From assembly GCA_963677105.1 (NCBI GenBank), contig OY781871.1, forward strand, positions 480,001-512,000: a DNA stretch of 32,000 nucleotides. The letters are read 5' to 3'. The DNA is from Candidatus Saccharimonadota bacterium (lineage in GTDB: Bacteria > Patescibacteriota > Gracilibacteria > UBA4473). Every line of letters begins with the position of its first letter. Position 1 is the first letter of the stretch. The notes under the pieces are model-generated. The model searched no databases, was not told where the DNA came from, and saw only the letters and a program-made list of their open reading frames with translations. Of this stretch, positions 31,669 to 32,000 are shown piece by piece. The position numbers were made by a program, and so were the translations under genes.

Positions 31669-32000
31669 TTATAAAACAATAGACATTCTTCCGAGCGACT
31701 CCTGTGGTTCGTATTTTGATTTCAGCTGCTCAAAACATTCTTGGACCAGGTCCTCTGAATCGCCGTCGCCAACCTCCGCCCGATCAAATGCGTTTTTTGG
31801 ACAATTAAATTGAATTGGCTCCGCTAAACATTTTCGGGCAATTATCTCTCGTGCCTGATCAAAATGGATGTCATAAATATGTGCATTCGAAATTGAGATT
31901 GTTAAAAATCCAACTCCCACACCTACCTTTTCCGCCAGAAAATGAGCTAATAATGCGAATCCCGCTGTGTCATGCGGATTCCCAAGCATCATGTCATTCG
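31669..32000 (-). CDS. Thymidylate synthase (ThyA) family protein, C-terminal about 110 aa only; Asp variant at the pyrimidine-selecting position
   Basis: The frame is open to the window edge (..NDMMLGNPHDTAGFALLAHFLAEK...SNAHIYDIHFDQAREII...YEPQESLGRMSIVL). It aligns without gaps to ThyA [22 protein letters not shown] / GDTHLYSNHMDQ. Confidence 0.85.
   Translation of the reverse strand, partial: NDMMLGNPHDTAGFALLAHFLAEKVGVGVGFLTISISNAHIYDIHFDQAREIIARKCLAEPIQFNCPKNAFDRAEVGDGDSEDLVQECFEQLKSKYEPQESLGRMSIVL

Noticed and set aside
1-32000. Alternative genetic code (UGA recoding, as in some uncultivated low-GC lineages)
   Set aside because: All conserved genes (pilB, rny, glyA, purL, metG, recA) are full length in the standard code with no in-frame TGA. 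TGA is also used as a genuine stop in ATGA overlaps (445-448, 26492-26495, 29985-29988).
1-32000. CRISPR arrays, IS elements or transposases, integrases, prophage genes, and a diversity-generating retroelement targeting the giant proteins
   Set aside because: I saw no regularly spaced direct repeats, no transposase, integrase or reverse-transcriptase ORF, and no template/variable repeat pair matching the 3' ends of the giant genes. I also saw no tRNA-like or rRNA-like sequence in any intergenic region, but that check was by eye only.

Overview
This is a 32-kb chromosomal window from a low-GC bacterium; hand-sampled 60-nt lines are mostly 35-45% GC. The standard genetic code applies: long ORFs end on TAA/TAG/TGA and none needs a recoded stop. 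I call about 31 protein genes. I saw no rRNA, tRNA, CRISPR array, transposase, integrase or phage structural gene. Contents: (1) a type IV pilus block with the 5' part of pilC running off the left edge, PilO-like and PilN-like ORFs, and pilB; (2) housekeeping genes ftsE, rny, trmB, glyA, purL, metG, lexA and recA; (3) a thioredoxin-CcdA fusion next to a Fur-family regulator; (4) an orphan OmpR-type response regulator; (5) two divergently transcribed giant secreted proteins, one with four split thrombospondin-type-1-like Trp/Cys modules and one with PKD/Ig-like repeats and a T9SS-type C-terminal sorting domain; (6) a pyrimidine deoxynucleotide cluster at the right end (dCMP-deaminase-like, Dcd-like, RibD_C/DHFR-like, ThyA-like). 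The most interesting signal is in that cluster. The ThyA-family gene has Asp where thymidylate synthases carry the uracil-selecting Asn, which is the dCMP-specific signature. The neighbouring Dcd-family protein appears to lack the catalytic Glu. Together these suggest a cytosine-C5 modification or uracil-free dTMP pathway rather than ordinary thymidylate synthesis. Other observations: sigma70-like promoters abut the ATG of at least six genes (leaderless mRNAs) and Shine-Dalgarno sequences are almost absent; candidate cis-regulatory leaders precede metG and glyA; a 12-bp perfect inverted repeat with nested hairpins lies between the two giant genes; purL is the large type but has no glutaminase domain. 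All calls rest on by-eye motif recognition and hand translation, and no database search was possible.
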